From an uncultured Candidatus Poseidoniales archaeon (GTDB lineage: Archaea; Thermoplasmatota; Poseidoniia; Poseidoniales; CAYMED01), in NCBI GenBank assembly GCA_964389655.1, contig CAYMED010000008.1:1-64000 (forward strand): 64,000 nt of DNA, written 5' to 3'. Made by a program: the position numbers and the translations under genes. Each line of letters begins with the position of its first letter. Position 1 is the stretch's first letter. The notes beneath the pieces are model-generated. The model ran no database searches and was not told the origin of the DNA. It saw only the letters and a list, made by a program, of their open reading frames with translations. Positions 50,083-59,883 of this stretch are shown piece by piece.

Positions 50083-53000
50083 ATGTATCTCTCGAACGTT
50101 GTTGTCGAGAATTTCAAGTCATTTCGCGGGACGACTATAATACCCTTTGAATGCGGATTTACTGCAATCACGGGTCCAAATGGATCGGGGAAATCGAATT
50201 GTGGCGATGCGATTCAGTTTGTACTGGGCCCACGTTCATCGAAAAGCCTCCGTGCAGGTAGTGTGAGTGACCTTATTTTCAATGGAGGAGGTACACACCG
50301 TCCAGCAACTCATTGCTCAGTCTCGCTTATTTTCGCTAATCCAGTGCTTGCAGATGGAAAGCGCCGCCTCCCGCTTGACCAAGATGAAATCAAGTTCACG
50401 CGATCAGTGAAAATAGGGCGCAAAGGTCAAGCAACATCATCGTACCATCTTGATGGCCGTGTTTCAAGCCTAGGTGAATTCCGCCGTCTTCTTGCCTCCT
50501 CTGGTATACGGGCAGATGGGTACAACATCGTTCTCCAAGGTGACGTAACTGCTTTGGCCAATATGGGAAGTGTTCCACGCCGTAGGGTCTTGGAAGAAAT
50601 TGCAGGAGTAACTGCCTATGACCAAGAGATCACAAAGGCCAACCGCCAAAAAAACAAGGCTGAAGCATCCATCACACACCTAGAACTTCTGCATCATGAC
50701 CAATGCCAGCGTCGAGATGACTTGAAATCAGAGAGAGAATTGGCCCTGAAGCACAAAAAATTGCATGATGATCTAGCAGATGCGCGCATCACACACCTCT
50801 GGGCACGCCACCGCGCCAAATTTGAAGAAATTGAATTAACACTTGAACAGGTTGAAATTCAGCGCCAGCGGTCAGAATTCGAGAAAGAATCAGTCGATCA
50901 GGGGCACAAGGATCGCCTGAAACTGGACGAGAATCTTGCTCAGATCGAGAGATCATTAGAGGAGATTTTGGGTCCAGACCACAAGACATTGACGTCTTCA
51001 ATTAACAATCTTCGTGTACGTATTGATCGTGCCAAAGATCGCATAGATGAAGCAGAAGAGGCATCCCTCAGGGATGTTGCGGAGATGGAACGATTAGAAA
51101 GTGACAAGGAAGGAATTGTGGAGGAAATTGCGGAAGTCCGCAATTCAGCAGATGAAGCCGAAGCAGCTGCCGTTAATGCAGCAGCTGCACTGAAAAAGGC
51201 CCTCGATGATGAGCAGTCGGCTAGGGATGCAGTGGATGCGGGCGATCGCCGAAGTCACGAACTTCTTCGCACCTTGGCTCAAGCCAATGAGGCGGTTGGC
51301 CTTGCAGAAGAAAATGTGGGAAAGGCTCGAGCAGAGTATGAGCGGGCTCAAGCGAGACTTGAATCAGTAGAGGCAGCCCTGGGTGAGGCAGAAGAGCGAC
51401 TGGAGGACTTACGGCTTGATGTTGACGATGTTAAACACCGCCTTGAAGAAATTGGGGGGGATACGCCAGCAGTTGACAAGAAGGCTCTCCTCTCCCGTCT
51501 CCAGCAGCTCCAAGAGGAAGATCGCTCTTTGTGTGCGCAAAGGGATGACCTTGATGCACGAGCGCGCAAAGCACGTCGGGATTTGGATGAATCTCAACGA
51601 GCAGCAACTAAACGCGGCGATGACCTTGGCGGCCAAAGCCCAGCAGTCCGCGCCATATTGCAATTAAGGGATGCAGGAGATGTGCGCGGAATCCACGGGA
51701 CCTTGGGTGAATTGGCGGCCCCTCGTGACCCCTTGCATGAAGAAGCCCTAGCTCTCGCTTTAGGTGGTAGACTCAACAGCATTGTAGTCGAAGATGATGA
51801 GGTTGCAGCATCTTGTATCAAGTGGTTACGCTCAGCTCGAATAGGGCGCGCTACGTTCCTCCCCCTATCGAAATTAAGCCCCCTCCGCGATGGTGGCCGC
51901 GCCCAATTAGTTTCAAGAAAAGATGGCGTTGTTGGATTCGCTTGGTCATTGCTCCATATCGAGGAGCGCTTTTCAGTGGCCCTCCGACATGCTGTTCGGG
52001 ACACACTTGTCGTCGAATCCACTTCAGTTGGCCGTACACACATGGGTGGCGTGCGTATGGTATCACTAGATGGTAGTGTCTTCGAACCAGGGGGTGCAAT
52101 GAGTGGGGGTAAGGGTCCTAAATCCCAGCGTGCCTCATTCGGTGGCGACGCGCGCCGTAAACACGCAGTAGACGAATTTCGCAGTGAAGTTACTCGCTTG
52201 GAAATGGCACTTGATGCCATTTCCTCTGCCGTTGATGAAAACCGTGCGTCTCAACGAAAAGTTCGAGGGGATATACAAACTGCCTCTGCAGCCGATCTAA
52301 ATGATGAAGTCCAAGAATTACGCATGCGTGCAGATTTACTGGAGAAGGACCGTCCCAAAGTCAATGCAGCAGTAGCCGCACGAAAATCTGAATTGGAGAA
52401 GGCAACGGCAGGTGTTGAGGCTGCTCTTGTATCTATTGATGAAGCAGAATTGGAAGTGGGGCAGTGCATTGAGGAACGTGAAGCCTCTTCTAAGGAAGTG
52501 CATGAACAGACACCGGAGCACCTTGCAACTCGCCTAAGGGCGGCCGAAGAGGCCCGTCTTGCTTCGCGTGAAGCGGGTGCGGAAGCAGATGCAGCGAAAC
52601 TCAATGCAGAGGGGCGGATCACCTTGCTTGAGTCCGCAAAGTCTGATATTCAACGTCGCATGGACCGGCTTATTTCTGATTCAGAAACGCGAGAAAAACT
52701 TGTTGCAGAAGAAAATAGCGAACGTTCTGAAGCAGCTTCTGAGTTGGAAGGATTAGAACGCCAACAATCTGAAATCTCGGAAGAAGCTGATGCTTTATCG
52801 GCCTCTCGCCTTGAAGCAGTTGAACGAAGAGCTAGAATTGAACAAAACATTCGTTCAGCAGAAGACCGAATGCGCCGGCATGATGAGAGTCGTATGGCCC
52901 TAGAGCAACGGATTTTAGCTCAGAGGTCGGAATTATCTGAACTTGATTCAGAAATAGAAGATGGGGAAATTGGTACGCCTCCTGCTGGTCTTGACCTTCC

Positions 53001-54003
53001 CTCAGTTGAATCGGCTAGGGACCGTGAGCGTCGATTATCTAGACAACTCGAACAACTTGGGCCGGTCAATATGCTGGCTATTGAGCAATATGAAAGCACT
53101 CTTGAGCGCCTAGCGGCATTTGAATCGGATCTCAAAATTCTAGCCCAAGAGCGCGATCACCTCGATGGGCTTACAGAACGCCTTGAGGATGAGAGGAAGG
53201 CGCGCTTGCAAGCGGTATTGGAGGCAATCGACAAGAATTTCCAAGAGATCTATCAGCGATTGGATTCGGGCGGAGAGGCCCACCTCGAACTTGAAAATCC
53301 AGATGATCCCTTCAACGCGGGCTTAGCCATGGTTGCAAGACCAGCAGGCAAAAGCAAAGTTACTCGTCTTGAATCGCTTAGCGGGGGTGAGAAATCAATG
53401 GTTGCTCTTGCCTTTGTCTTTGCCGTGCAGCAATTTGATCCATCTCCCTTTTATTATCTGGATGAAGTGGATCAGAATCTCGATGCTGCTAATGCACAGC
53501 GAATTGCTGAATTGTGTAGGGAAGTAAGTTCACACGCCCAATTCATTATGGTCAGCCTTCGGAAAGTGAGTTTACAGCTCGCAGACCATCACCTCGGAGT
53601 AACTCACCCAGGAGATGGGGTGAGTCAAATAATCACGGATCTCGACGCAGACCGCGCTGTTGAAATCGGCGAAGCAGCATTGAAAGAGCAAGTGGATGGT
53701 GCCAAGAGCCAACGCAGCAAGGTGATTGAGGGCTTGCCGGATCCAACTAATATGGAGCGGGTTCCAGAACCTCATGTAGTTCTTTCAATCCTTGAATCTG
53801 ATTCGGTCGGTCCGGACCAAATTCCTGAATCAATGAGTCACTTGGTCAAGCGTTCAGTAACAAACCCTGTTGATGATCCATCTATTGGAGGTCTTCTTTC
53901 TCGTGCAGTTGATGGTGTGGGGTCAGAGGAACCAGCAGGGGGAGAATTGATTGAAAAGGACGCTGCATCAGTTCCTAGTATCGATGGAGATGGTGCTCAA
54001 TGA
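50083..54003 (+). CDS. smc: Chromosome segregation protein Smc
   Basis: FKSF, GPNGSGKS, hinge (IGRATFLPL, GGAMSGG), LGPVNMLAIEQY, LSGGE, YYLDEVD. Confidence 0.98.
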   Translation: MYLSNVVVENFKSFRGTTIIPFECGFTAITGPNGSGKSNCGDAIQFVLGPRSSKSLRAGSVSDLIFNGGGTHRPATHCSVSLIFANPVLADGKRRLPLDQDEIKFTRSVKIGRKGQATSSYHLDGRVSSLGEFRRLLASSGIRADGYNIVLQGDVTALANMGSVPRRRVLEEIAGVTAYDQEITKANRQKNKAEASITHLELLHHDQCQRRDDLKSERELALKHKKLHDDLADARITHLWARHRAKFEEIELTLEQVEIQRQRSEFEKESVDQGHKDRLKLDENLAQIERSLEEILGPDHKTLTSSINNLRVRIDRAKDRIDEAEEASLRDVAEMERLESDKEGIVEEIAEVRNSADEAEAAAVNAAAALKKALDDEQSARDAVDAGDRRSHELLRTLAQANEAVGLAEENVGKARAEYERAQARLESVEAALGEAEERLEDLRLDVDDVKHRLEEIGGDTPAVDKKALLSRLQQLQEEDRSLCAQRDDLDARARKARRDLDESQRAATKRGDDLGGQSPAVRAILQLRDAGDVRGIHGTLGELAAPRDPLHEEALALALGGRLNSIVVEDDEVAASCIKWLRSARIGRATFLPLSKLSPLRDGGRAQLVSRKDGVVGFAWSLLHIEERFSVALRHAVRDTLVVESTSVGRTHMGGVRMVSLDGSVFEPGGAMSGGKGPKSQRASFGGDARRKHAVDEFRSEVTRLEMALDAISSAVDENRASQRKVRGDIQTASAADLNDEVQELRMRADLLEKDRPKVNAAVAARKSELEKATAGVEAALVSIDEAELEVGQCIEEREASSKEVHEQTPEHLATRLRAAEEARLASREAGAEADAAKLNAEGRITLLESAKSDIQRRMDRLISDSETREKLVAEENSERSEAASELEGLERQQSEISEEADALSASRLEAVERRARIEQNIRSAEDRMRRHDESRMALEQRILAQRSELSELDSEIEDGEIGTPPAGLDLPSVESARDRERRLSRQLEQLGPVNMLAIEQYESTLERLAAFESDLKILAQERDHLDGLTERLEDERKARLQAVLEAIDKNFQEIYQRLDSGGEAHLELENPDDPFNAGLAMVARPAGKSKVTRLESLSGGEKSMVALAFVFAVQQFDPSPFYYLDEVDQNLDAANAQRIAELCREVSSHAQFIMVSLRKVSLQLADHHLGVTHPGDGVSQIITDLDADRAVEIGEAALKEQVDGAKSQRSKVIEGLPDPTNMERVPEPHVVLSILESDSVGPDQIPESMSHLVKRSVTNPVDDPSIGGLLSRAVDGVGSEEPAGGELIEKDAASVPSIDGDGAQ

Positions 54004-54983
54004 GCCTTGCAGTATCTGGGGTGGATACCGCTCAATTACGCCTTGATGATACGGTCATTCAAAGTTTAATTCTCCAAAATGGACCCTCATTACGCCAGCG
54101 GGATCTTTTGGTTGAGGAGGCCCTTGAAGAGGGGCGGCACCATCTTGACCTTTCTGACCCATTTGATCGTTCTGTCGCTCTTGTCTTTGAATTAATTTCG
54201 ACGCATGACTTTGATCCTTGGGCTATCGACTTGCATCGCTTCATCGAATTATTTACCGAGCGTATTGAAACAACAGAAGGTCTTGATTTACCCGCCTGTG
54301 GGCGGTTATTACGCCTTGCATGGGGTGTGCTTGCTGGGCGCGCTGAAGAGTTACTCGGCCGTCAACAAATGATGGATGTTGAGGAAGATGACTATTGGGA
54401 TGGATCTGAGATTGATGGTTGGCAAAGTGACTTGGATGATGCATCTTTTGAATTCACAATGCGGATGGTCGATGGAACCGGCCATAATGCACTTGAGAGC
54501 TTACTTTCCCCTAGGCTACGGAGGGATGAGGGGCGACCAGTTACGTTGACTGAACTGCTTGCAGGCCTGTCTGATGGTCAAGATGATATGGCGATCCGGG
54601 CGGAACTCGAAGCGAATAGGAAAAGGCACGCTGCAAATCTTGAATTGGCTTTGTCAAATGTAAGTAATCGGGCGCACGATGAGAACTTGGAAGGTGATTT
54701 GGAACGCGTCTGGCAAAATTTGCAATCGTTAGATGGTGGTAAAGGGGTTTCCATGCCTGATTTGAGGAAGAAAATGGTTGATGTCGAGGGAGTAACTGAG
54801 GATTTGGATCGAAGGGAGGTCGAAGTTGCAACATTCATTGCGGTATTATTTCTCACGCGCCTCTCAATTGCAAAAATATCTCAGTCGGATGCAGGTGTTG
54901 TCCACATCCGTAATTTGTGGCCGGAGGCAAATAATTTTCATGAGGCTCAGGCACTTGGTGGACAGAAAGGGTTGGGGATATGA
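54000..54983 (+). CDS. scpA: Kleisin ScpA
   Basis: DPWAIDL, RPVTLTELL, VATFIAVLFL; ATGA overlap with smc. Confidence 0.85.
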   Translation: MSLAVSGVDTAQLRLDDTVIQSLILQNGPSLRQRDLLVEEALEEGRHHLDLSDPFDRSVALVFELISTHDFDPWAIDLHRFIELFTERIETTEGLDLPACGRLLRLAWGVLAGRAEELLGRQQMMDVEEDDYWDGSEIDGWQSDLDDASFEFTMRMVDGTGHNALESLLSPRLRRDEGRPVTLTELLAGLSDGQDDMAIRAELEANRKRHAANLELALSNVSNRAHDENLEGDLERVWQNLQSLDGGKGVSMPDLRKKMVDVEGVTEDLDRREVEVATFIAVLFLTRLSIAKISQSDAGVVHIRNLWPEANNFHEAQALGGQKGLGI

Positions 54984-55543
54984 TGGAAGGTGGACTTGAG
55001 CCGATGGTCGAGGCTCTGCTCTTTATTGCAGGTAAACCACTTACTGTGGGTGATCTTTGTGAACGCCTCAATGCGGGGACGGGTGATGTTGAAGCAGCTT
55101 TGCAATCTTTGCAGAAGCATCACAGGCGTCGAAAAATTGGGTCTCTAAGGGTGAATAAAGCGGGAAAGGGCTGGGTTCTTGAAGTTGCTACAGGTCTTTC
55201 GGAGCAATTGGAAAGTGTTGCGAGGGCTGAGATTCCAAAGCGCTTGCTTCCAACAGCGGCCCTGATTGCTTACCATCAACCAATATCACAATCTGATTTG
55301 GTCCAGATGATAGGGCAAAAAGCGTATGATCATGTCCATGACCTTTCATCATTTGGTCTCATCGATCGCCGGCGTGATGGGAATACGCGTCGTCTGACTA
55401 CAACGGCGAGGTTTGCTGAGTACTTTGGTTGCCCATCGGCGGATCGTAACGCCGTACGTGCTTGGTTCAGGGAGCGTGCTTCTGCCTTGGGCCTTGATGC
55501 TTCGGACCCCGCTATGGAAGGGGATCGTTCAGTTATTGTTTGA
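54980..55543 (+). CDS. scpB: Segregation and condensation protein ScpB
   Basis: VEALLF, ALIAYHQPISQ, TTARFAEYFG. Confidence 0.93.
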   Translation: MMEGGLEPMVEALLFIAGKPLTVGDLCERLNAGTGDVEAALQSLQKHHRRRKIGSLRVNKAGKGWVLEVATGLSEQLESVARAEIPKRLLPTAALIAYHQPISQSDLVQMIGQKAYDHVHDLSSFGLIDRRRDGNTRRLTTTARFAEYFGCPSADRNAVRAWFRERASALGLDASDPAMEGDRSVIV

Positions 55544-56845
55544 GCGAAGGTCCTTGATTGCAGCTTCAACAGATGCCATTGTGATTCTTGTTCCACTGGA
55601 TCGCAATTTGGAGGCTACTTCATCGACTTCACTGCCTTTGGCGCCAGCAGATGCGGCCATATTGCGCACATGGAGTTTCATGTGGCCTGCTTGGATGCCT
55701 ACTGTTGCTAAGGCGCGCAGTGCGCCAAGATTTTGAGCGAGTCCCGCGGCAGCCATTACGGCAGCCAATTCGTTGGCGCTTTCTGTTCCAAGTAAAGCAA
55801 CATTGGCTTTGGCACCAGGGTGGACGCGAATTGCTCCCCCTATTAGGCCAACTGCCATTGGCAATTCGATTGAACCAATCAGGTTGCCACTTGCATCTTT
55901 CTTCCACGTAGTTAGTGATGAGTATGTCCTATTGTGGGCAGCATATGAGTGGGCGCCTGATTCAATTGCTCTCCAATCTTGGCCACACGCGATTGCAATT
56001 GCTGAGATTGCGTTCATGATACCTTTGTTGTGGGTGGTTGCTCGAAACGGGTCTGCTGCGGCAAAATGGTATGCTTGAATGATGCCGTTGATCGTAGAGT
56101 CGCCATTTTGTTCCTTTCCCCCCATTTCTTCAGGGGTGAATATTGCAGATACTCTTGCCAGCCGGTGTATTGCTAGGTTGGAGATGATTCGGAGGATGAC
56201 GGTGCCGCCAGTGAGGTGTTCAATCGCTGGTGCAATGGACTCGGCCATTGTGTTTACTGCATTTGCTCCCATTGCATCCCTGCAATCAACGAGCAAATGG
56301 GCAATTACCATGGGTCCGGACAGTGTGTTCAATACTTTTGCTTCAATATCTCTGCACCCTCCGCCGAAACGAACTAGGATTGGATCAACTTCATTGCAAG
56401 CATCTATGAGCTCGTTTTTTGCCTCTAAAAGGCGCTTTTTAGCTAATTCTGGCTGATCGCAATCAACAACTTGTATCTGTCCAATCATGATTGGGTCTGT
56501 GTTGTCTGATGTGAACCCGCCTGAGGATAGGCATCGCTTTGCCATGTTTGAGGCAGCAGCCACGACAGATGGTTCCTCAAGAACGAATGGGATTAGGTAT
56601 GATTTTCCATCAACTACGAAGTTTGTTGCTACTCCGACGGGTAGTGACATGGTGCCCACGACATTCTCGATCATTCGGTTGGCATCTTCTTCAAGCAATT
56701 CCCCTGATGCGGACCATGCATCAGTATGGACTTTTTCTAATCCTGCGAGTTCGGCGGCAATCTGCCGGCGCTCGGATACAGTATGTCGAAAGAAACCCTT
56801 GATGCGGCTATCTTCTACTGGCATATACTTCGTGCGAGCCGCCAT
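55529..56845 (-). CDS. hmgA: Class II HMG-CoA reductase
   Basis: ENVVG, EEPSVVAA, DAMGAN, THNKGIMN, GQDWRA, GIQAGHMKLH. ATG56845 preferred (track start 56887 lies inside the repeat array). Confidence 0.95.
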   Translation of the reverse strand: MAARTKYMPVEDSRIKGFFRHTVSERRQIAAELAGLEKVHTDAWSASGELLEEDANRMIENVVGTMSLPVGVATNFVVDGKSYLIPFVLEEPSVVAAASNMAKRCLSSGGFTSDNTDPIMIGQIQVVDCDQPELAKKRLLEAKNELIDACNEVDPILVRFGGGCRDIEAKVLNTLSGPMVIAHLLVDCRDAMGANAVNTMAESIAPAIEHLTGGTVILRIISNLAIHRLARVSAIFTPEEMGGKEQNGDSTINGIIQAYHFAAADPFRATTHNKGIMNAISAIAIACGQDWRAIESGAHSYAAHNRTYSSLTTWKKDASGNLIGSIELPMAVGLIGGAIRVHPGAKANVALLGTESANELAAVMAAAGLAQNLGALRALATVGIQAGHMKLHVRNMAASAGAKGSEVDEVASKLRSSGTRITMASVEAAIKDLRSNNN

Positions 56846-56870
56846 CCCCCCTTCATCATTCGGACGCTTC

Positions 56871-57011
56871 AACGCGTTAATTAACACATCAACGCGTCAA
56901 CCAACGCGTTAACAAAACACCCCTACGCGTTAACAAAACCCCCCAAACGACAACCATAACGCGGCGTCGCACCACGAAGAACGCGTTGAAATGGCGCGTT
57001 CTGACGCGTCA
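56871..57011. repeat. Intergenic array of ACGCGT palindromic boxes
   Basis: Exact ACGCGT at 56872, 56892, 56904, 56925, 56981 and 57004; near copies at 56959 and 56994; 15-bp direct repeat ACGCGTTAACAAAAC at 56904 and 56925. Confidence 0.9.
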
Positions 57012-57036
57012 ATCAACCGAACCTTGAAGGAGTCTC

Positions 57037-58440
57037 TTGGTTGCCCAAGGCTCAATGTTGTCTAAGTGGAAATTTGATCTTCCAGCACTTCGATCGAATC
57101 CATTCTCACTTGCGCCACTTGAACCTGAGTCTCGTGATTTACTCGTTGGCAGGGGAGTTGAAGTTGAACGATTTTATGAATCGGTTCATTACAGTTCAGC
57201 TCGCCAAATTCTCCTTATCGGGGAATCAGGCAGTGGGCGCACATCGCTATTATCGGCAGTTGCGGGAATGGTGGATGCTCCAAAACGCTTCACGATGCTT
57301 CCTGAAGATGGTGATTTAGACCGATGCTTGGGTGAATTGTATTGTACATTGGTCTCGTTTGATTCCCCGCAAGGTGGCCGATCCTCAATCGTAGAGCACA
57401 TTGTCGCTTCTCTTGCACCTTCACCGAATGGGGAGATCCCTCTGATTATTCTTGATGATTCATCAATTGATGGGGGCATCCTCGCAGAACTTACCATGCG
57501 TCTATTACCTCTTTTTCGCCGCATGAAGGCAGTTGTAGTTATTTCCGTTACTCCTGCACAAATTGCATCTTGGTCCGATGATCTCGTCGAATCATTTGAT
57601 CTAATTGGGCCATTAAATCCGCTCGCAGAAGAGGAAGTAAAGGACTTGATCTGCTCGAGAATGAACAGAGCAGGTGCACACGGGTGGGTTCCTCCTCAGG
57701 GCTTAGTTGAGGAGATTCTTGACCAAACAGGAGGGCATCCTAGACGTATTGTTCGGCTAATGCGAGATGCGATAGACCATCAGAGAACTGGGCGTGATCG
57801 AACTTCTGCCCTTGCAGAACTCCATTTGCGAATGCAAAGCCAACTGGAAAATTCCTCCTCCCTTGATGAATTAGAATCTTCACCTTCTCCGCCAGTTCAT
57901 TCATTATCGCCTCTACCAATTCCCGTATCAAATGTGCAAACTCCAGAACCGATCCACACTCAAACTTTCCAAGAGGCACCAGGAGTTGAATGGTCAGCTT
58001 CTCCGGAGATATTGGGTCACTCTCCGTCTCCTCCCGGATTTGGTGGTTTGGCAGCGCGTAATAGGAATTTCTTGGACGCATCCAATGAATTTCCATCCCC
58101 ATCGGATCAACCAGTAACGCCACTTCCACTAGCTCCGGATCCAAGGATCGATCAAATTTCTCCAGAACCCGAACCATCTCTCTTAATAGACGATCTAAAG
58201 GGGATGGAAGTCACATTACTGATTGCAGCGGCAGGTCGCTCAATTTCTCCTTCGGACGAAAAATTGCAACTCGACTTTGGCATTGGACGTCCTCGTCTTT
58301 CACAGATTCTCAACGGTTTGCGAAAGCGCGGATATCTCAATGTTGAGATGCAAGGCCGCCATCGCATGTTCCGCACTCCCGTTTCTATTCACACATCGCT
58401 GATACATGCCGGTCACCTTGAGGAGGTGGAAAGTACATGA
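57037..58440 (+). CDS. Atypical AAA+/STAND-like P-loop ATPase with Pro-rich linker and C-terminal winged helix
   Basis: NPF..LVGR, Walker A GESGSGRTS, Walker B LIILDD, TGGHPR, wHTH IGRPRLSQILNGLRKRGYLNVEMQGRHRMF. Confidence 0.75.
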   Translation: MVAQGSMLSKWKFDLPALRSNPFSLAPLEPESRDLLVGRGVEVERFYESVHYSSARQILLIGESGSGRTSLLSAVAGMVDAPKRFTMLPEDGDLDRCLGELYCTLVSFDSPQGGRSSIVEHIVASLAPSPNGEIPLIILDDSSIDGGILAELTMRLLPLFRRMKAVVVISVTPAQIASWSDDLVESFDLIGPLNPLAEEEVKDLICSRMNRAGAHGWVPPQGLVEEILDQTGGHPRRIVRLMRDAIDHQRTGRDRTSALAELHLRMQSQLENSSSLDELESSPSPPVHSLSPLPIPVSNVQTPEPIHTQTFQEAPGVEWSASPEILGHSPSPPGFGGLAARNRNFLDASNEFPSPSDQPVTPLPLAPDPRIDQISPEPEPSLLIDDLKGMEVTLLIAAAGRSISPSDEKLQLDFGIGRPRLSQILNGLRKRGYLNVEMQGRHRMFRTPVSIHTSLIHAGHLEEVEST

Positions 58441-59480
58441 GCAGTGAAAATTCGTGGACTATTGCATGGTCTCATGAATTTGAGAACAATATTTCAGCAC
58501 TTGGAATTGATATGAACGGTGCCATCGTTCTAAGTGACGACAAAGTATACGCTTTTGACCCAAATGGTTCTCAGATTTGTTCGACAAGATTGCGTGCTTC
58601 GACTTATTCGGTTTCTATTTCAGAGGGAATCGTTGCAATTCTAAGTGGCCCAGATCTTTGGTTTCTCAGCCGCGAGAATCTAGATTCAGTATTTGAACCA
58701 AGGCGTGTTCCAGGTGGTTTTCATTCAGTGATCCCTAGAGTGGGGGGTGGATGGGTTGCTGCAGACCGTGGAGACCATATCCATCTTTTTTCTGAGCGTG
58801 GACGTGGATTAAGACGAATACGTAGTGGCGCAGTTCGCCGCCTCTTGGGTTGGTTTGATCGAGAGCATTTGTTATTGCAAGGCCTCGATGGGCGTCTTTC
58901 TTGTATTTGTGTTACTGGAAGAGGGCGTAAGCGCACAGTCGACGAACGCCCGTGGTCATATGCGAGTTTGTTGCATGATGGTGCTTGTTTAGTAGAGTCG
59001 ATTGATGGTGCTTTGCATATTGGAGTGCCGGATCCTTTTGGCTGGTCTCGTTTTGACCTTGCTTCACCCCCTGGTGTTCTAGAGCCATCCTCTTCCGCTC
59101 CCTGTGTCGACGGGTGGCTTGTTGTCGACCTTTCAGGTGAGGTTCATCTTGCTCCAATTACTGAAAATCCCTCCCCAATTGTTCAGAAAGCAGACCTCAT
59201 TGCCTCAGATGGGCAATATGCTGCAGGTGTTGGAAATCGATCTGGCTTATTCCGGTGGATCGATGCTCCTGTAGCAAGTCATCAACGTGGTATTGACTTG
59301 CGGAAGCGAGCAGCAGAAGCGCGAGAGAAATCAGATTGGGATCAAAGAGAAAGCCTCTTTGAAAAGGCCCGAGATGCGGAAGATGGGGGTGCAATTACCC
59401 GCGCGATTGAACTTTATCGGGCCTTAGGCCGAGATGAAGATGTACGCCGCTTACTTGCTGTGCAGGAGGAAGATCGATGA
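58437..59480 (+). CDS. Beta-propeller (WD40/PQQ-like) protein with C-terminal helical segment
   Basis: Repeated blades (KVYAFDPNG, HIHLFSERG, GLDGRLSC, SIDGALHI, DLSGEVHL); ATGA-coupled to both neighbours. Confidence 0.65.
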   Translation: MSSENSWTIAWSHEFENNISALGIDMNGAIVLSDDKVYAFDPNGSQICSTRLRASTYSVSISEGIVAILSGPDLWFLSRENLDSVFEPRRVPGGFHSVIPRVGGGWVAADRGDHIHLFSERGRGLRRIRSGAVRRLLGWFDREHLLLQGLDGRLSCICVTGRGRKRTVDERPWSYASLLHDGACLVESIDGALHIGVPDPFGWSRFDLASPPGVLEPSSSAPCVDGWLVVDLSGEVHLAPITENPSPIVQKADLIASDGQYAAGVGNRSGLFRWIDAPVASHQRGIDLRKRAAEAREKSDWDQRESLFEKARDAEDGGAITRAIELYRALGRDEDVRRLLAVQEEDR

Positions 59481-59776
59481 GTGATGATATGGTAATGGTA
59501 ACTCTTGAACGAATTGAGAAGGCACTTTCAATTACTGCTGAGGCTCGAAAATTGTTGTCTCCTCTTGTAACTGCAGATTCACATCTTGGAAAAATTCTGG
59601 CAGATATGCTTCGTATGGCCGATGATTACATCGCTGATGCATCTCATTTCAGAGATAAAGGAGATCTTGTGCGGGCGCACGCCGCTTCTTCTTATGCGCA
59701 TGCTTGGCTTGATGCCTCGGTGCGAATCGGTCTTGCTGATGGGCATGGCGATGATCGACTATTCACTCTACCATGA
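59477..59776 (+). CDS. DUF357 family protein
   Basis: MADDYIADASHFRDKGDLVRAHAASSYAHAWLDASVRIGL is the DUF357 signature. Confidence 0.85.
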   Translation: MSDDMVMVTLERIEKALSITAEARKLLSPLVTADSHLGKILADMLRMADDYIADASHFRDKGDLVRAHAASSYAHAWLDASVRIGLADGHGDDRLFTLP

Positions 59777-59883
59777 CTATTCATCATTTGTTAAGGATGA
59801 CCCCATAGTACCGCACAATTTGGACTCCATCTGAGGCGGTAGTTGCGAGATATTCAAGAACGACCGAATATGGGTTTATTTCC

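Noticed and set aside
53540-53570. Smc lacking the switch His (VSLR)
   Set aside because: This variant is common in euryarchaeal Smc.
55529-56845. Bacterial-type class II HMGR as a novelty
   Set aside because: Already established for Thermoplasmata and Archaeoglobi.
56871-57011. CRISPR array interpretation of the repeats
   Set aside because: Repeats are only 6-15 bp with irregular short spacing, and there are no cas genes.
59777-59883. ORB-type origin directly upstream of cdc6
   Set aside because: Short region with no ORB/G-string or AT-rich unwinding element visible.
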